Virus record (IMG/VR): IMGVR_UViG_3300031998_000007
From: a virus
Taxonomy: Duplodnaviria; Heunggongvirae; Uroviricota; Caudoviricetes
Strand: one strand, 5' to 3'
Length of the DNA stretch: 64,000 bases
Part shown: positions 18,665 through 27,806 of the stretch, piece by piece
How positions within the stretch are numbered: position 1 is the stretch's first letter
Layout: the number at the start of each line of letters is the position of its first letter
The notes under the pieces: model-generated
The model's database searches: none
Seen by the model: the letters and a program-made list of their open reading frames with translations, nothing else
What the model was told of the DNA's origin: nothing
Made by a program: the position numbers and the translations under genes

Positions 18665-19321
18665 CTAGGCTTTGACGGCTTCTTCTTCCTTGGTTTCTTC
18701 CAATGGAGTTTTTTCTCCGCCTGTCGGGGCCGGGGTGCCGTCCGGGGCGGAGTTCACGTTGTCCGGCGTGACATTGGGGTCGATGTCCGTGAACGTGTCG
18801 GTCCCGAACGGTTCGGAGTCGTCCGGGAGGTCGTAGTCGGCAGCTGCCGCGTCGGCGACGGAGTTCGTAAGCGCCATGTCTTCGTCGGAGAACCCGAGCG
18901 AGTTGTTGTCGATGCTGGGAGTGAAACTGTTCGCTCCGCTGGCAAACGCATCCTCGATTTCGCCCGTGCTGCCCGGAGACTTCTGTTCTTCTTCGGGGGA
19001 GAACATGGTGCTCATGCTGGAAAGCGTATCTTCGAGTTCCTGCTCCGAGTCACTTTCGGTTTCTTCCGGGGTAAGCACCTTCTTCCGGGTCTCGCTCCAC
19101 ACCTTGTCGCCGAAGCGGCAGTTGCCGTAGACGTCCATGACGATCTTGTCCGGGTTTTCCGCTGCGTCGTTCTTTTCGTCGCGTTCGGTCTGGGCGTAGA
19201 TTGATGCGACTTCGGTCTCGGGCATGCCCGATTTGCGGGACAGGTCCTGAATTGCCGGGGAAACGCCCGGATGGTAGAGTTCGGAGGGTGAAAGCTGGAT
19301 TTGGGACTCGGTAGTGTTCAT
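18665..19321 (-). CDS. Acidic hypothetical protein (MNTTESQ...)
   Basis: Probable start at 19321 rather than 19648, because TATAAACTG (19354-19346) lies 25 nt upstream and the longer version overlaps a + strand gene. Confidence 0.65.
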   Translation of the reverse strand: MNTTESQIQLSPSELYHPGVSPAIQDLSRKSGMPETEVASIYAQTERDEKNDAAENPDKIVMDVYGNCRFGDKVWSETRKKVLTPEETESDSEQELEDTLSSMSTMFSPEEEQKSPGSTGEIEDAFASGANSFTPSIDNNSLGFSDEDMALTNSVADAAAADYDLPDDSEPFGTDTFTDIDPNVTPDNVNSAPDGTPAPTGGEKTPLEETKEEEAVKA

Positions 19322-19384
19322 TGTGCCGCCGGAATTGTTCGAATACAGTTTATAGGTTCCGGGATTTGCTATAAACTGACAAGT

Positions 19385-19600
19385 ATGGCACGAAAGAAAC
19401 AGACCACAGAACAAGAAATCACCGGAAACAGCGAACCGGAGAAGGTAATCACGCCGGAAGTTCCGGCTGTGGCCGCTCAGGCTCCTGCCCAGAAACCCAT
19501 GAAGCCGGTCCGAAAGAGGCTGCGCATCCGCAAGAAGGGCCCCAAGAAGCTGTCCGTGGCAGTCCTCTGCTCGAACATCGGGTTCAGCCGTTTTGCCTGA
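19385..19600 (+). CDS. Small basic protein (MARKKQTTEQ...RKRLRIRKKGPKK)
   Basis: 71 aa, Lys/Arg-rich C-terminal half, TATAAACTG at 19370-19378. May be a DNA-binding or core protein. Confidence 0.55.
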   Translation: MARKKQTTEQEITGNSEPEKVITPEVPAVAAQAPAQKPMKPVRKRLRIRKKGPKKLSVAVLCSNIGFSRFA

Positions 19601-19661
19601 CGGGCAAAAACGGGGACATCTTCTAAACTTAGTAAAAAGTCCAATCACCGGAGTTTACCCA

Positions 19662-20291
19662 ATGTCACAGGCATTCGATATTTATGGCGACGAAAAGGTG
19701 CAGGCCATCCTCGAAGGCATCTGCAGTCAGCCGATCATCGACAAACCGTTCAACGAGACTGACAATCCGAAGCCTATGTGCGAAGGCATCAAGATGTTCA
19801 ACGGTGAAGTCTTTGATACCAACAAGTGGTGCAGCGGCGGTAAGTCGCTCGTGCTCTCCAAGAATTCCAAGGTCGGTAAGGCCAAGACCGCGCCCGAAAA
19901 GGACGTCAAGCAGCAGACTGAAAATGAGACTGTTGACTTGAAGAAGACCGCCGGTCCAGGCGGAACCAAGGTCGTGACCCAGTCCCTCACTACGACTGAC
20001 CCGGAAGTGAAGGCCGCCAAGGGCGTCCAGGTCGAGTGCGTTACCACTACCCCTCCCCAGAAGCCGGCTTTCGACAGCAAGGCCAAGAGCGCGGCATCAG
20101 GCATGGAAAGTGACGCCAAGGACAACAAGAAGTTCATGAAGGGTACCCTTTCCGACCCGAAGCGCTGGGACCTCCTCGGCAAGTTCGTGGAAACACGCCT
20201 CGGCGCCGGTGCCGAAGGCAAGAAAAAGGACAATATCGACAAGATTTTGTCCCACATCAAGAACGCGAAGGCACAGTTCGCCAAGAAGTAA
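19662..20291 (+). CDS. Lys-rich hypothetical protein (probable head core/internal protein)
   Basis: GGAG RBS before ATG 19662, TAAACT at 19624 and a terminator downstream. Confidence 0.65.
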   Translation: MSQAFDIYGDEKVQAILEGICSQPIIDKPFNETDNPKPMCEGIKMFNGEVFDTNKWCSGGKSLVLSKNSKVGKAKTAPEKDVKQQTENETVDLKKTAGPGGTKVVTQSLTTTDPEVKAAKGVQVECVTTTPPQKPAFDSKAKSAASGMESDAKDNKKFMKGTLSDPKRWDLLGKFVETRLGAGAEGKKKDNIDKILSHIKNAKAQFAKK

Positions 20292-20318
20292 CTGTTCGCT
20301 TGCGCGGAAAAATTAAAT

Positions 20319-20354
20319 CGGACTGGCAATGCCGGTCCGTTTTTTGCTATATTT
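20319..20354 (+). promoter_or_regulatory. Terminator whose U-tract overlaps a TTTTTGCTATATTT promoter-like motif
   Basis: CGGACTGGC-AAT-GCCGGTCCG hairpin, then TTTTTGCTATATTT (20341-20354) 6 nt before the polymerase ATG. The motif recurs at 23626, 32394, 61853 and 62153. Confidence 0.55.
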
Positions 20355-20360
20355 CTGGAT

Positions 20361-23300
20361 ATGCCGGAGATACCTGTATCTAATACAGAAGTAAAAGCTC
20401 CCAAGATGTGGGAGGCCATCTACCATGACCCGGAAAAGGACAGAATGTTCCTGTGGTACATGGATGGCACTATGGACGTGTTGCAGAACATCAACACGTT
20501 CTATACCAATATACGGGGGCAATTCGGCGCAAAACCGTGTGGCATGCACGACATCTACGGAAACGAGATGTTTGCCGTGCAGCGGCATACGAAGGACGAG
20601 CGGGAAATCCGCCACCAGTTCTCCGGCCCGCGCAACCACCTTGCAGAAATCGACATCGACCCGAGGGCGAGGTTCCTTTCCCGCTTCTACGCAAATGCCG
20701 GCATGCTCAAAGCCGACATGTCGAAAATCAACCTCTGCTTCCTCGATATTGAGGTGGAGACCACCGGTAAATTCCCACGCGCGAGCGTGGCCGCATACCC
20801 GATCAACTGCGTAACGATTTATTTTTCCAAGACGGACAACTACATCACCTACGGCGTGGCGAAGGACGTCAGCCAGGAGGTGAAGGACGAGATGGCCAAG
20901 GACAACGGCCGCTATGTCCTATGCAAGACCGAAGGCGAACTCCTGACCAGGCTGTTCACCGAGATTGGCAACAACAACGTGTCAATCCTGTCCGGTTGGA
21001 ACTTCACATACGATACTACCTACATGGTCAACCGAGCGGCGAAGTTGAAGATCCCGCTCAAGCTCATGTCCAGGCTCCCGGCTGCCGAGAAGCGTGCATG
21101 GGTTGACCAGCGAGAAGGCGACCTCCACATCGCGGGCACGGAAGTCATCGACTTCCTCGACCTCTACCGCAAGTACACCTTCTCCGAACAGCCGTCCTAC
21201 AAGTTGGACTACATCGGCGAAATCACGGTCGGCGAGCACAAGGCTCCGCTTCCCGAAGGCTACCTGTCCTGGAAGAACCACTGGGACATGTTCATCCTGT
21301 ATAACATGCAGGACGTCCGCCTCCTGAAGAAGATCGAGCAGAAGGAAAAGATGTTCCACCTGGCGGTGTCCGCATCCGCGGAAGCCAGGGTTCCGTTCTC
21401 GTTCGTGTTCGAGTCGAAGAAAATGCTGGTCGGCTTTGTCCTGAACCATCTGCACAAGACAGGCCGAACGTTCCCGCCACTACGCGCACAGGAAAAGGAG
21501 GAGTTTCCTGGCGCATTCGTGTATGCTATCCCGGGCTACAAGGAAAAGCTGGTCTCATACGACTACCGTTCCCTTTACCCATCCATCATGATGACGTTCA
21601 ACACCTCGCCGGAAATGAAGGTGGTCTATCCTATCGACTACCAGGTCCCGGAAGAGGAATTGAAGAACCTTATCCGTTCTCCGTGGACCCACAACGGCCA
21701 GTATCAGGTATTCTTCCGAAAGGACAAGGTCGGCGTCGTGCCGGAAGTCACGAGGCTTCTGTTCGACGGCCGTTCCAACTTGAAGAAGAAGATGAAGGCC
21801 GCGAAGAAGGCGGGCGACGCGGAAATGACCGGCGTCTACGACATGATGCAGAAGGTGTACAAGGTGCTCGGCAACTCGCTCTACGGTTTGCTCGGCTCCC
21901 CGTTCTTCCCGCTCTACGACGTGGACAACGCGGCATCCATTACCGCGTATGGTCAGCAGCTTATCAAGTATACCATCAACGGCATGGCGAAGTATATCAA
22001 CGAGGAGCTGGTCGAAGACAAGCGGTTCTACGATACGTTCGGGTATGTCCCGCGCATCGAGCCCGCGTTCGTCGGCACCGAAGTTGACTCCGAAGGTGTC
22101 GTCCAGCAGCGCCGCATGTCCCATGGCGATACCGACTCCTTCTTCGTGAAGTTCGGCGACATCATGGAAGGCTTCGAGACGCATACCGGCAAGAATATCG
22201 AGATTGTCGCGTTCCGCGGCCACCAGCGCTTCCTGTCCAAGGTATTTACCGTCGAGCAGGAAACCGACGCGAAGAAGTTCTTTGCGGCTGCCTGCAAGAT
22301 GTATGCCCCGGGTGTCTGGAACGATCCGGGCAACCGCGTCCCGGACGAGAAGACCGGGTTCACGAAGATGCAGATCATGTTCGCCGACGGCATCGTGCAG
22401 GACGGCGATGTCCGCATCATCTACAACCGTTACCGCATGACGGACTTCTGCCGCATGTTCGACGCGGTCGCCCTCGAAGAGAAGCTGGACGAGTTCATGC
22501 TCGCCTACGCACAGCAGTGGAACTACTTCGTCAACGAACTGTTCCTGAAACGCGAGAAGTGCATCCACAAGGCCATTGTCACCGCGAAAAAGAAGTATAT
22601 CTGTCTCGTGGAGAGCATGGAAGACATCGTCTATCTTGACAAGGGCCACAAGGAAAATGGCAAGTGGGTAAAGGGCACTCTCGAAGTGAAGCCCGAGTTC
22701 GCAATCACCGGCCTCGAAATCGTCCGAAGCTCCACCACGCTGTTCTCCCGCGAACGTATGATGGACATGGTGACGCTCATGCTGAACACAATGGACAAGA
22801 AGGTGGTGCGCGACCGACTTCTCGAAATGAAGCGCGAATACTACGAGCTCGTCAAGAAGAACGACTTCACGCACCTGTCCTGCCCGTCCGGCGTCAAGGA
22901 AGAACCGCCTACGCTTGCCGAGATGTACAGGATGCCGAAGGAAGAGCTTGCCAGGGTTGACTGGCGCCGCAGGGCCGCTGCCGTGTGGAACTACCTCATC
23001 GAGTTCGATCCGGTCCTCTCGCAGTTCCCGTATGAACCGATTGCTGCCGGCGACAAGATGAAGTTCGTCAAGAAGGCCGATGCCCTGTATGGTGTCACGG
23101 TGATTTGCTACACCGGCGACGAGATGCCTCCGCACCTGCTTGAACTGTTTACGCCTGACTGGGAGAAGCACTGGAAGATGAGCGTCGCCCAGGTTCTGGG
23201 ACGCCTGTTCAAGGCCGTCGGCTGGCCGGAAGAGCTTGAATTTGATGAATCCGAGGCAGTGAAGAATCTCCTCTGCCGTCCGAGGAAGAAGGTTATCTAA
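20361..23300 (+). CDS. gp43: Family B DNA polymerase (T4 gp43-like)
   Basis: ExoI FLDIEVET, ExoII GWNFTYD, ExoIII YNMQDV. PolA DYRSLYPS, PolB KVLGNSLYG, PolC HGDTDS, and KKKY. Confidence 0.95.
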   Translation: MPEIPVSNTEVKAPKMWEAIYHDPEKDRMFLWYMDGTMDVLQNINTFYTNIRGQFGAKPCGMHDIYGNEMFAVQRHTKDEREIRHQFSGPRNHLAEIDIDPRARFLSRFYANAGMLKADMSKINLCFLDIEVETTGKFPRASVAAYPINCVTIYFSKTDNYITYGVAKDVSQEVKDEMAKDNGRYVLCKTEGELLTRLFTEIGNNNVSILSGWNFTYDTTYMVNRAAKLKIPLKLMSRLPAAEKRAWVDQREGDLHIAGTEVIDFLDLYRKYTFSEQPSYKLDYIGEITVGEHKAPLPEGYLSWKNHWDMFILYNMQDVRLLKKIEQKEKMFHLAVSASAEARVPFSFVFESKKMLVGFVLNHLHKTGRTFPPLRAQEKEEFPGAFVYAIPGYKEKLVSYDYRSLYPSIMMTFNTSPEMKVVYPIDYQVPEEELKNLIRSPWTHNGQYQVFFRKDKVGVVPEVTRLLFDGRSNLKKKMKAAKKAGDAEMTGVYDMMQKVYKVLGNSLYGLLGSPFFPLYDVDNAASITAYGQQLIKYTINGMAKYINEELVEDKRFYDTFGYVPRIEPAFVGTEVDSEGVVQQRRMSHGDTDSFFVKFGDIMEGFETHTGKNIEIVAFRGHQRFLSKVFTVEQETDAKKFFAAACKMYAPGVWNDPGNRVPDEKTGFTKMQIMFADGIVQDGDVRIIYNRYRMTDFCRMFDAVALEEKLDEFMLAYAQQWNYFVNELFLKREKCIHKAIVTAKKKYICLVESMEDIVYLDKGHKENGKWVKGTLEVKPEFAITGLEIVRSSTTLFSRERMMDMVTLMLNTMDKKVVRDRLLEMKREYYELVKKNDFTHLSCPSGVKEEPPTLAEMYRMPKEELARVDWRRRAAAVWNYLIEFDPVLSQFPYEPIAAGDKMKFVKKADALYGVTVICYTGDEMPPHLLELFTPDWEKHWKMSVAQVLGRLFKAVGWPEELEFDESEAVKNLLCRPRKKVI

Positions 23301-23610
23301 TCGCGGTGCAGTTGTCCGGCATACCGAGGGTGGTCCTTCCCGGCTTCGGGAAGTTGGTTGCCCCGCCGCGGTTGTGCTTGGCTTCCTCGGCAATCTCCTT
23401 ACGCTTCCCCTTTATTGAAGTCTTTTCATCGAAATATGGGTTATCGACCTGCGGGTTGACGCAGGTCCCGATGTCCGGGATTGCCTGTTGCGGCATTACG
23501 TCGGTGGCGAGCGCTTCGAGATAGGACTCGTAGCGGGTCCCGATTTTAGCCTTTAGTTGCGGATCGAGGACATCCAATGATGCGATGAATTTGGGGAAAG
23601 ACCTATCCAT
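23293..23610 (-). CDS. Hypothetical protein
   Basis: ORF 23293..23616, probable start at the second Met. TAAACTA at 23622-23616 lies immediately upstream. Confidence 0.5.
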   Translation of the reverse strand: MDRSFPKFIASLDVLDPQLKAKIGTRYESYLEALATDVMPQQAIPDIGTCVNPQVDNPYFDEKTSIKGKRKEIAEEAKHNRGGATNFPKPGRTTLGMPDNCTAIR

Positions 23611-23668
23611 GCACATAGTTTAGCGTTTTTGCTATATTTCACCGAGAAACTTTATCGAGTGGTATATA

Positions 23669-24907
23669 ATGTCTTCAAGTTTGCTTACAACCAAGGGTGC
23701 TCAGGTCGCCGCAGCAAAGCAGGCGGACCCGTCCAAGGAAACCCCACTCTCCCTCCCGTGGGAAGAAAAATACCGAGGGAAGACCCTCAATGAAATTATC
23801 CTCCCGCCGTCAATCAAGCGTATGGTCGACACGGCCCTCCGACTCAACAGTTTCGGAAACTATGTCCTGTATTCCGGTAGCCCGGGAACCGGCAAGACCA
23901 GTCTTGCCAGGGCAATCCCGAACATCCTCGGGACGGAAAGCAAGTTCCTCTATGGCAAGGCCAGCGAGGTGATTAACGAAATCGAACAGTACAAGATGTT
24001 CCGCGTGAGCGACGGCAAGCCTCGTTTCGTGATTATCGACGAAGTGGACAAGGCACTCAACCCGGAGAAGTTCTTCAAGGAGCTCCAGTCGGTAATCGAA
24101 TCCTCGACCGCGACCCTCCGCTTCATCCTGACCTGTAACGACATCTGGCAAGTTCGCCCGGCTATCAAGTCCCGCTGCATCCCCATCGAGTTCTCCATGC
24201 ACGGCTGCACCGCGGACGAAATCAAGTTCTACAAGCGCTCCATTTTCGAGCGTCTCGAATTTATCGTGCAGCAGGAAGTGGCTGCGGTCAACGGCCGCTA
24301 TGAACGCCAGACGATTATCGACACGTTCAACGCATGCTACCCGGACATCCGTTCGATGATTGTTAGCCTCCATGTGACCTTCCTCAAGAATGGCGGAAAC
24401 GTGGTTGGTAGGCCCAGCATTTTCGCGAGCGCACAAACCATCGCCGACATTTGGAACTATGTCACCCGCAACGATCCTCGCGGCCTCAGAATGTATCTGT
24501 CTTCCAACGTGGAAGACCCGATGAGCATTTACATTCCGTTCAGCAAGTATGCGTTCGACCGCATCAACGACCGCGGCCTGTTCTCGTTCGGCAAGATTAC
24601 TGCGGATGCCCTCGCTGACACCCGTGGCCAGGTTGACCCGGAAACGATGCTGTATGGTTATCTGTCCGCCACCGCGATGCTTGTCCATCAGGTAGGCTGG
24701 CTCCAGACACCGCAGAAGGCGCCGGAACTTACCGCCGAACAGCTTGCCGCGATGCAGCAGCAGGCGCAGCCGCAACAACAGATGCAACCTCGTCCGCAGG
24801 TCCAAGTCCAGGCGCAGGCACAGGCCCAGACGCAGCAGCGTGTCCAGTATGCTCAGCCGGGTGTCCAGCAAACGTGGCCAGGCCAGAACGGCATGGGTCG
24901 CCAATAG
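23669..24907 (+). CDS. gp44: Clamp loader AAA+ subunit (gp44/RFC-like) with Q-rich tail
   Basis: Walker A SGSPGTGKT, Walker B IIDEVD, RFILTCN and SRC arginine-finger motif. Confidence 0.92.
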   Translation: MSSSLLTTKGAQVAAAKQADPSKETPLSLPWEEKYRGKTLNEIILPPSIKRMVDTALRLNSFGNYVLYSGSPGTGKTSLARAIPNILGTESKFLYGKASEVINEIEQYKMFRVSDGKPRFVIIDEVDKALNPEKFFKELQSVIESSTATLRFILTCNDIWQVRPAIKSRCIPIEFSMHGCTADEIKFYKRSIFERLEFIVQQEVAAVNGRYERQTIIDTFNACYPDIRSMIVSLHVTFLKNGGNVVGRPSIFASAQTIADIWNYVTRNDPRGLRMYLSSNVEDPMSIYIPFSKYAFDRINDRGLFSFGKITADALADTRGQVDPETMLYGYLSATAMLVHQVGWLQTPQKAPELTAEQLAAMQQQAQPQQQMQPRPQVQVQAQAQAQTQQRVQYAQPGVQQTWPGQNGMGRQ

Positions 24908-24916
24908 GGGGTGCCG

Positions 24917-25333
24917 ATGGGGTTCAACGCGTTTACCTTTCTGAACAACCGTATCGAGAAGCTCCCGCTGAGCGAGGCGGAAATCGGAGAGTTCAAGGCA
25001 TATAATGTTCTGCAGTCTCTTTCCATGGACCGCAGGTACATCAAGATCGTGAACGGTCTCAACAATACCAACTTCACGAAACTGCCGCTTGAACTCCAGG
25101 CCAAGACGTTCAAGGCGCTTGGCGGCATGCAGGTTGACAACCGGTGGTGCAGGGCGAAGAATGAAGTGCTTGCTGCCCGCGATGCCTTCATCAACAAGGT
25201 GATGGTTGTCTATGACATGTCGCACAATTCCGCCTGGGCCAATGTCAAGGCCGGTGTCATTGACCGAAAGTATGTGGAGGAGGCCTACGATGTCATCCAG
25301 GCCAAGTACCCCAAGTTCAGAAAAGGCAAGTAA
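24917..25333 (+). CDS. gp62: Clamp loader small subunit (gp62-like)
   Basis: Directly after gp44. FKAYNVLQSLSM...VNGLN and RWCRAK resemble T4 gp62 YSKFMVENALSQ...VYAMN and KWAK. Confidence 0.7.
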   Translation: MGFNAFTFLNNRIEKLPLSEAEIGEFKAYNVLQSLSMDRRYIKIVNGLNNTNFTKLPLELQAKTFKALGGMQVDNRWCRAKNEVLAARDAFINKVMVVYDMSHNSAWANVKAGVIDRKYVEEAYDVIQAKYPKFRKGK

Positions 25334-25334
25334 G

Positions 25335-25484
25335 TTGGCCGACCTGTTCGGGATTTCCCCCGAGCAGGCCGAAGTCATGGCAAGCCAGGGTGCGGACCCG
25401 GAGGCCGCTGACCGGGAATTTGTCGAAGCCGCGAAAGTCGATGAGCACATGGAAACGCTGCGAACGATGACCGTGGAACCGTAA
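25335..25484 (+). CDS. Small hypothetical protein (49 aa, TTG start)
   Basis: Fills the gap between gp62 and the next gene with coding-like sequence (LADLFGISPEQ...). Confidence 0.4.
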   Translation: MADLFGISPEQAEVMASQGADPEAADREFVEAAKVDEHMETLRTMTVEP

Positions 25485-25502
25485 TAAAAATGGAGATGCA
25501 AA

Positions 25503-26279
25503 ATGTCTAAATCCGAAGACGAGGAATATATCGCCTCATTGCCGCAGGATGTCCAGGCCAGGATTAAGGTCGCCTGCGAACGGGATAACGAGGCCGGACA
25601 CGTCATCCTCCTTCATGATATGGAGGGTGCGATGATCGGGACGGCGAAGTTTACCTACATCGTGGAGCCGAAGGATGTCAAGCGCCCGACATACTCTCGC
25701 GTAAAATACGGTGAGCAAGTCAAGCCCACGGACAACCAGAAACTGGAAACGGTTGTAGTTTCCGTATATGAGAGCTCCCGTTGCATCGACGAGCTTGCCA
25801 AGACATTTACTCCGAATGCGGATGAACTTGACGAAGGCGAGACCCCGGAGGACCGCGCATACACGGACGCCATGGAATGGTTCGACTACAATACCAAGAG
25901 GTCGCTTCCGTATCTGCATGAATGTGCGCCGGTGGTGTATGATGCCTTTGAGCCTGACGAACGCGACAGCAAACTCGAAGAAAGCGAGGTCGGCGGCATT
26001 ATTCCAGAGTTCCCTCGCGAGGCGATGATTGGCATAGTCGATGCGATGGATGCCGGCATCCCGGACCCGGAATGCTCGATGCAAGTCGATACCGTCCCCG
26101 TCTATGAATACGGCAAGTGTGTCGAATTGATGAAGGCGCAGTTCGGCGACGATACTGAAAAGAAAATCGACGAAATCTTGACCAAGTGGGTCAAGGACGG
26201 CAAGCCGGAGCCGGTTATGGTTCTAGCGTTTGACGATATGCGGGATGGTCTTTTCAGCGATGCCAAACAAGGGGAATGA
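25503..26279 (+). CDS. Hypothetical protein with two tandem copies of an AMIG...VY...C phage domain
   Basis: EGAMIG...VSVYESSRCIDEL and REAMIG...VPVYEYGKCVEL. GGAG RBS. Confidence 0.7.
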   Translation: MSKSEDEEYIASLPQDVQARIKVACERDNEAGHVILLHDMEGAMIGTAKFTYIVEPKDVKRPTYSRVKYGEQVKPTDNQKLETVVVSVYESSRCIDELAKTFTPNADELDEGETPEDRAYTDAMEWFDYNTKRSLPYLHECAPVVYDAFEPDERDSKLEESEVGGIIPEFPREAMIGIVDAMDAGIPDPECSMQVDTVPVYEYGKCVELMKAQFGDDTEKKIDEILTKWVKDGKPEPVMVLAFDDMRDGLFSDAKQGE

Positions 26280-26649
26280 CCGGTCCCGGATCGTCTTTAT
26301 CGACCGGAACGAACCCCTGTTTCTTGTAGAAATCTAACGCGGTGTGTATCCCGTTTACGGTTACGGTGGCACACCCGGCCTTGACACTGTCCACAAGACG
26401 GGTGCCAAGGCCTTTCTTTTGGACGTCATCCCTGACACACAAGGTATGGATTGCGCCGGTGTCCCCGGTATGCGAGAAGATGACCGCCCCGAGGAGGGCG
26501 TTCTTTGCATTTGTGCCGACAAGGTATGCCACGGTTTTCGTGGAATAGTCGTTCTTGCCGATCATTGTGTGCAGAAGGGACATCCCCTCGGTGTCTAGCG
26601 AGGGGAGTATTTCATTGAAAAGCGGAAATGAACAGAAAATGAGTTTCAT
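26254..26649 (-). CDS. GNAT-family acetyltransferase
   Basis: Motif A LCVRDDVQKKGLGTRLV and motif B ALDFYKKQGF. Confidence 0.85.
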   Translation of the reverse strand: MKLIFCSFPLFNEILPSLDTEGMSLLHTMIGKNDYSTKTVAYLVGTNAKNALLGAVIFSHTGDTGAIHTLCVRDDVQKKGLGTRLVDSVKAGCATVTVNGIHTALDFYKKQGFVPVDKDDPGPVIPLVWHR

Positions 26650-27680
26650 TACGAGAAGTCTATCGTGTTCTTCCCAATGGTGACGAGCGCTTCGAGCAAT
26701 TTCTTGCTTCCGGCGATCGGGGCAGCGTCCGGGTCGTTCACGGTTGGGTTGTTTTCGAGGATTTGCTTGCAGCGTTCACGGACCGAAATGGTCGGCTCTT
26801 CGGCTGGTGCCGGGGCCGGTGCAGGCGTTTGGGTCGGCGCGGGTGCCGGAGCCGGAGCTTGGGCAGGGGCAGGCTGTTCCTGCGGTGCCGGTTGCTGGAC
26901 AGGCTGGGCAGGCGCTGCCGGCTGTGCCGGTGCGGCGGGCTGCTGGACCTGTTCCTGTTGCTGGACAATCTGGTCTGCGGTAGGAATATTCTGCGGGTTG
27001 GTTTCCGCGGTTGTCGCGAGCTGGGCTTCCGACTGTTCGATGGCCTTCTTGGCCTGGTCTTCGTTGAAGTTGGGGTCGGAAAGTGGTTCGCCGGGGCCAT
27101 TGTCCGGTTCGGGGCGGTCTGCAAAGTTTTCGAGCATCTGTCTCACGAGGGGATCCTGTCCGCAGCCACCGAAGACGCCAGTTCCCTTCGCGAAGTCGGC
27201 GAGGTATTCGAGCGGGGTCTTGTGGTCGAGGTCTTCCTCGTCCCATACGTTGCCGGTTTGGACCGAGCTTTCGTCGCCCGGCTCGGTCAGATACTGGAAC
27301 TGCATGTCCGTGTCGAGGATTTTCTGGATGAGCGGATAGTTCACCTGCTGGGTGAAGCGGCCAGTTGCCGCCATGAGGAGGCTCATGAGGACACATTCGC
27401 CGTCCGAGTTGCGGGCGGTGAGGACGAGCGGGTCGATGTCGAGCAGTTCGGCGACCTGGTTATCCGCCCAGATGTGCAGCTGGGTCGTCCATTCGCCGTC
27501 GGCTGTCGGAATTCGCTTCGTGAACTGCATCGGGAAGGCTTTCAGGGCCCTGATGCTGCGGTCCGAGATAATCTGCACTTCCTTGTTGAACAGCTTCTGC
27601 ACACTTTCGACCAGGGCGGTTTCCTCCGGGAAACGGTCCTTGATGTTGTTCAGTTCTTCGTTTACTGCGACTCCGTCCAT
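26649..27680 (-). CDS. Protein with degenerate ankyrin-like repeats and Pro/Ala/Gln-rich linker
   Basis: ARNSDGECVLMSLL and DEEDLDHKTPLEYLA resemble ankyrin D.G.TPLH.A. GAGG RBS and TATAAACTA at 27726-27718. Confidence 0.6.
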   Translation of the reverse strand: MDGVAVNEELNNIKDRFPEETALVESVQKLFNKEVQIISDRSIRALKAFPMQFTKRIPTADGEWTTQLHIWADNQVAELLDIDPLVLTARNSDGECVLMSLLMAATGRFTQQVNYPLIQKILDTDMQFQYLTEPGDESSVQTGNVWDEEDLDHKTPLEYLADFAKGTGVFGGCGQDPLVRQMLENFADRPEPDNGPGEPLSDPNFNEDQAKKAIEQSEAQLATTAETNPQNIPTADQIVQQQEQVQQPAAPAQPAAPAQPVQQPAPQEQPAPAQAPAPAPAPTQTPAPAPAPAEEPTISVRERCKQILENNPTVNDPDAAPIAGSKKLLEALVTIGKNTIDFS

Positions 27681-27717
27681 GGTTCCTCTTTCGGGCGTTT
27701 TGTGTGGTTTTCGACCA

Positions 27718-27774
27718 TAGTTTATATCCCGGGTGCCGGTATGCCGTGAAAAATCGTGCCCACCTATTAAACTA
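27718..27774. promoter_or_regulatory. Divergent late-promoter-like pair
   Basis: TATAAACTA on the minus strand (27726-27718) and TAAACTA on the plus strand (27768-27774), the latter upstream of the sheath gene. Confidence 0.6.
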
Positions 27775-27806
27775 GAAGCGTAAAATCACCAACCTGAGAG
27801 GAAATC

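Noticed and set aside
19322-19648. N-terminal extensions given by the ORF track (18665..19648, also 12927, 15887, 46553, 56766, 57280, 60418, 62149)
   Set aside because: They overlap neighbouring genes, terminators or promoter motifs. Downstream starts have better RBS and spacing.
22122-22139. PolB motif C reads HGDTDS rather than YGDTDS
   Set aside because: That position varies in T4-like gp43 (T4 has AGDTDS) and both catalytic Asp residues are intact.
20361-24907. Possible inteins or introns in the polymerase or clamp loader
   Set aside because: Sizes are near normal, the ORFs are continuous, and no intein terminal or LAGLIDADG/HNH motifs were seen.
26800-26990. Repetitive GC-rich DNA (also 24760-24860 and 52340-52460) as a repeat array or CRISPR
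   Set aside because: The repeats are degenerate, codon-phased and encode P/A/Q linkers. There is no constant repeat-spacer periodicity.
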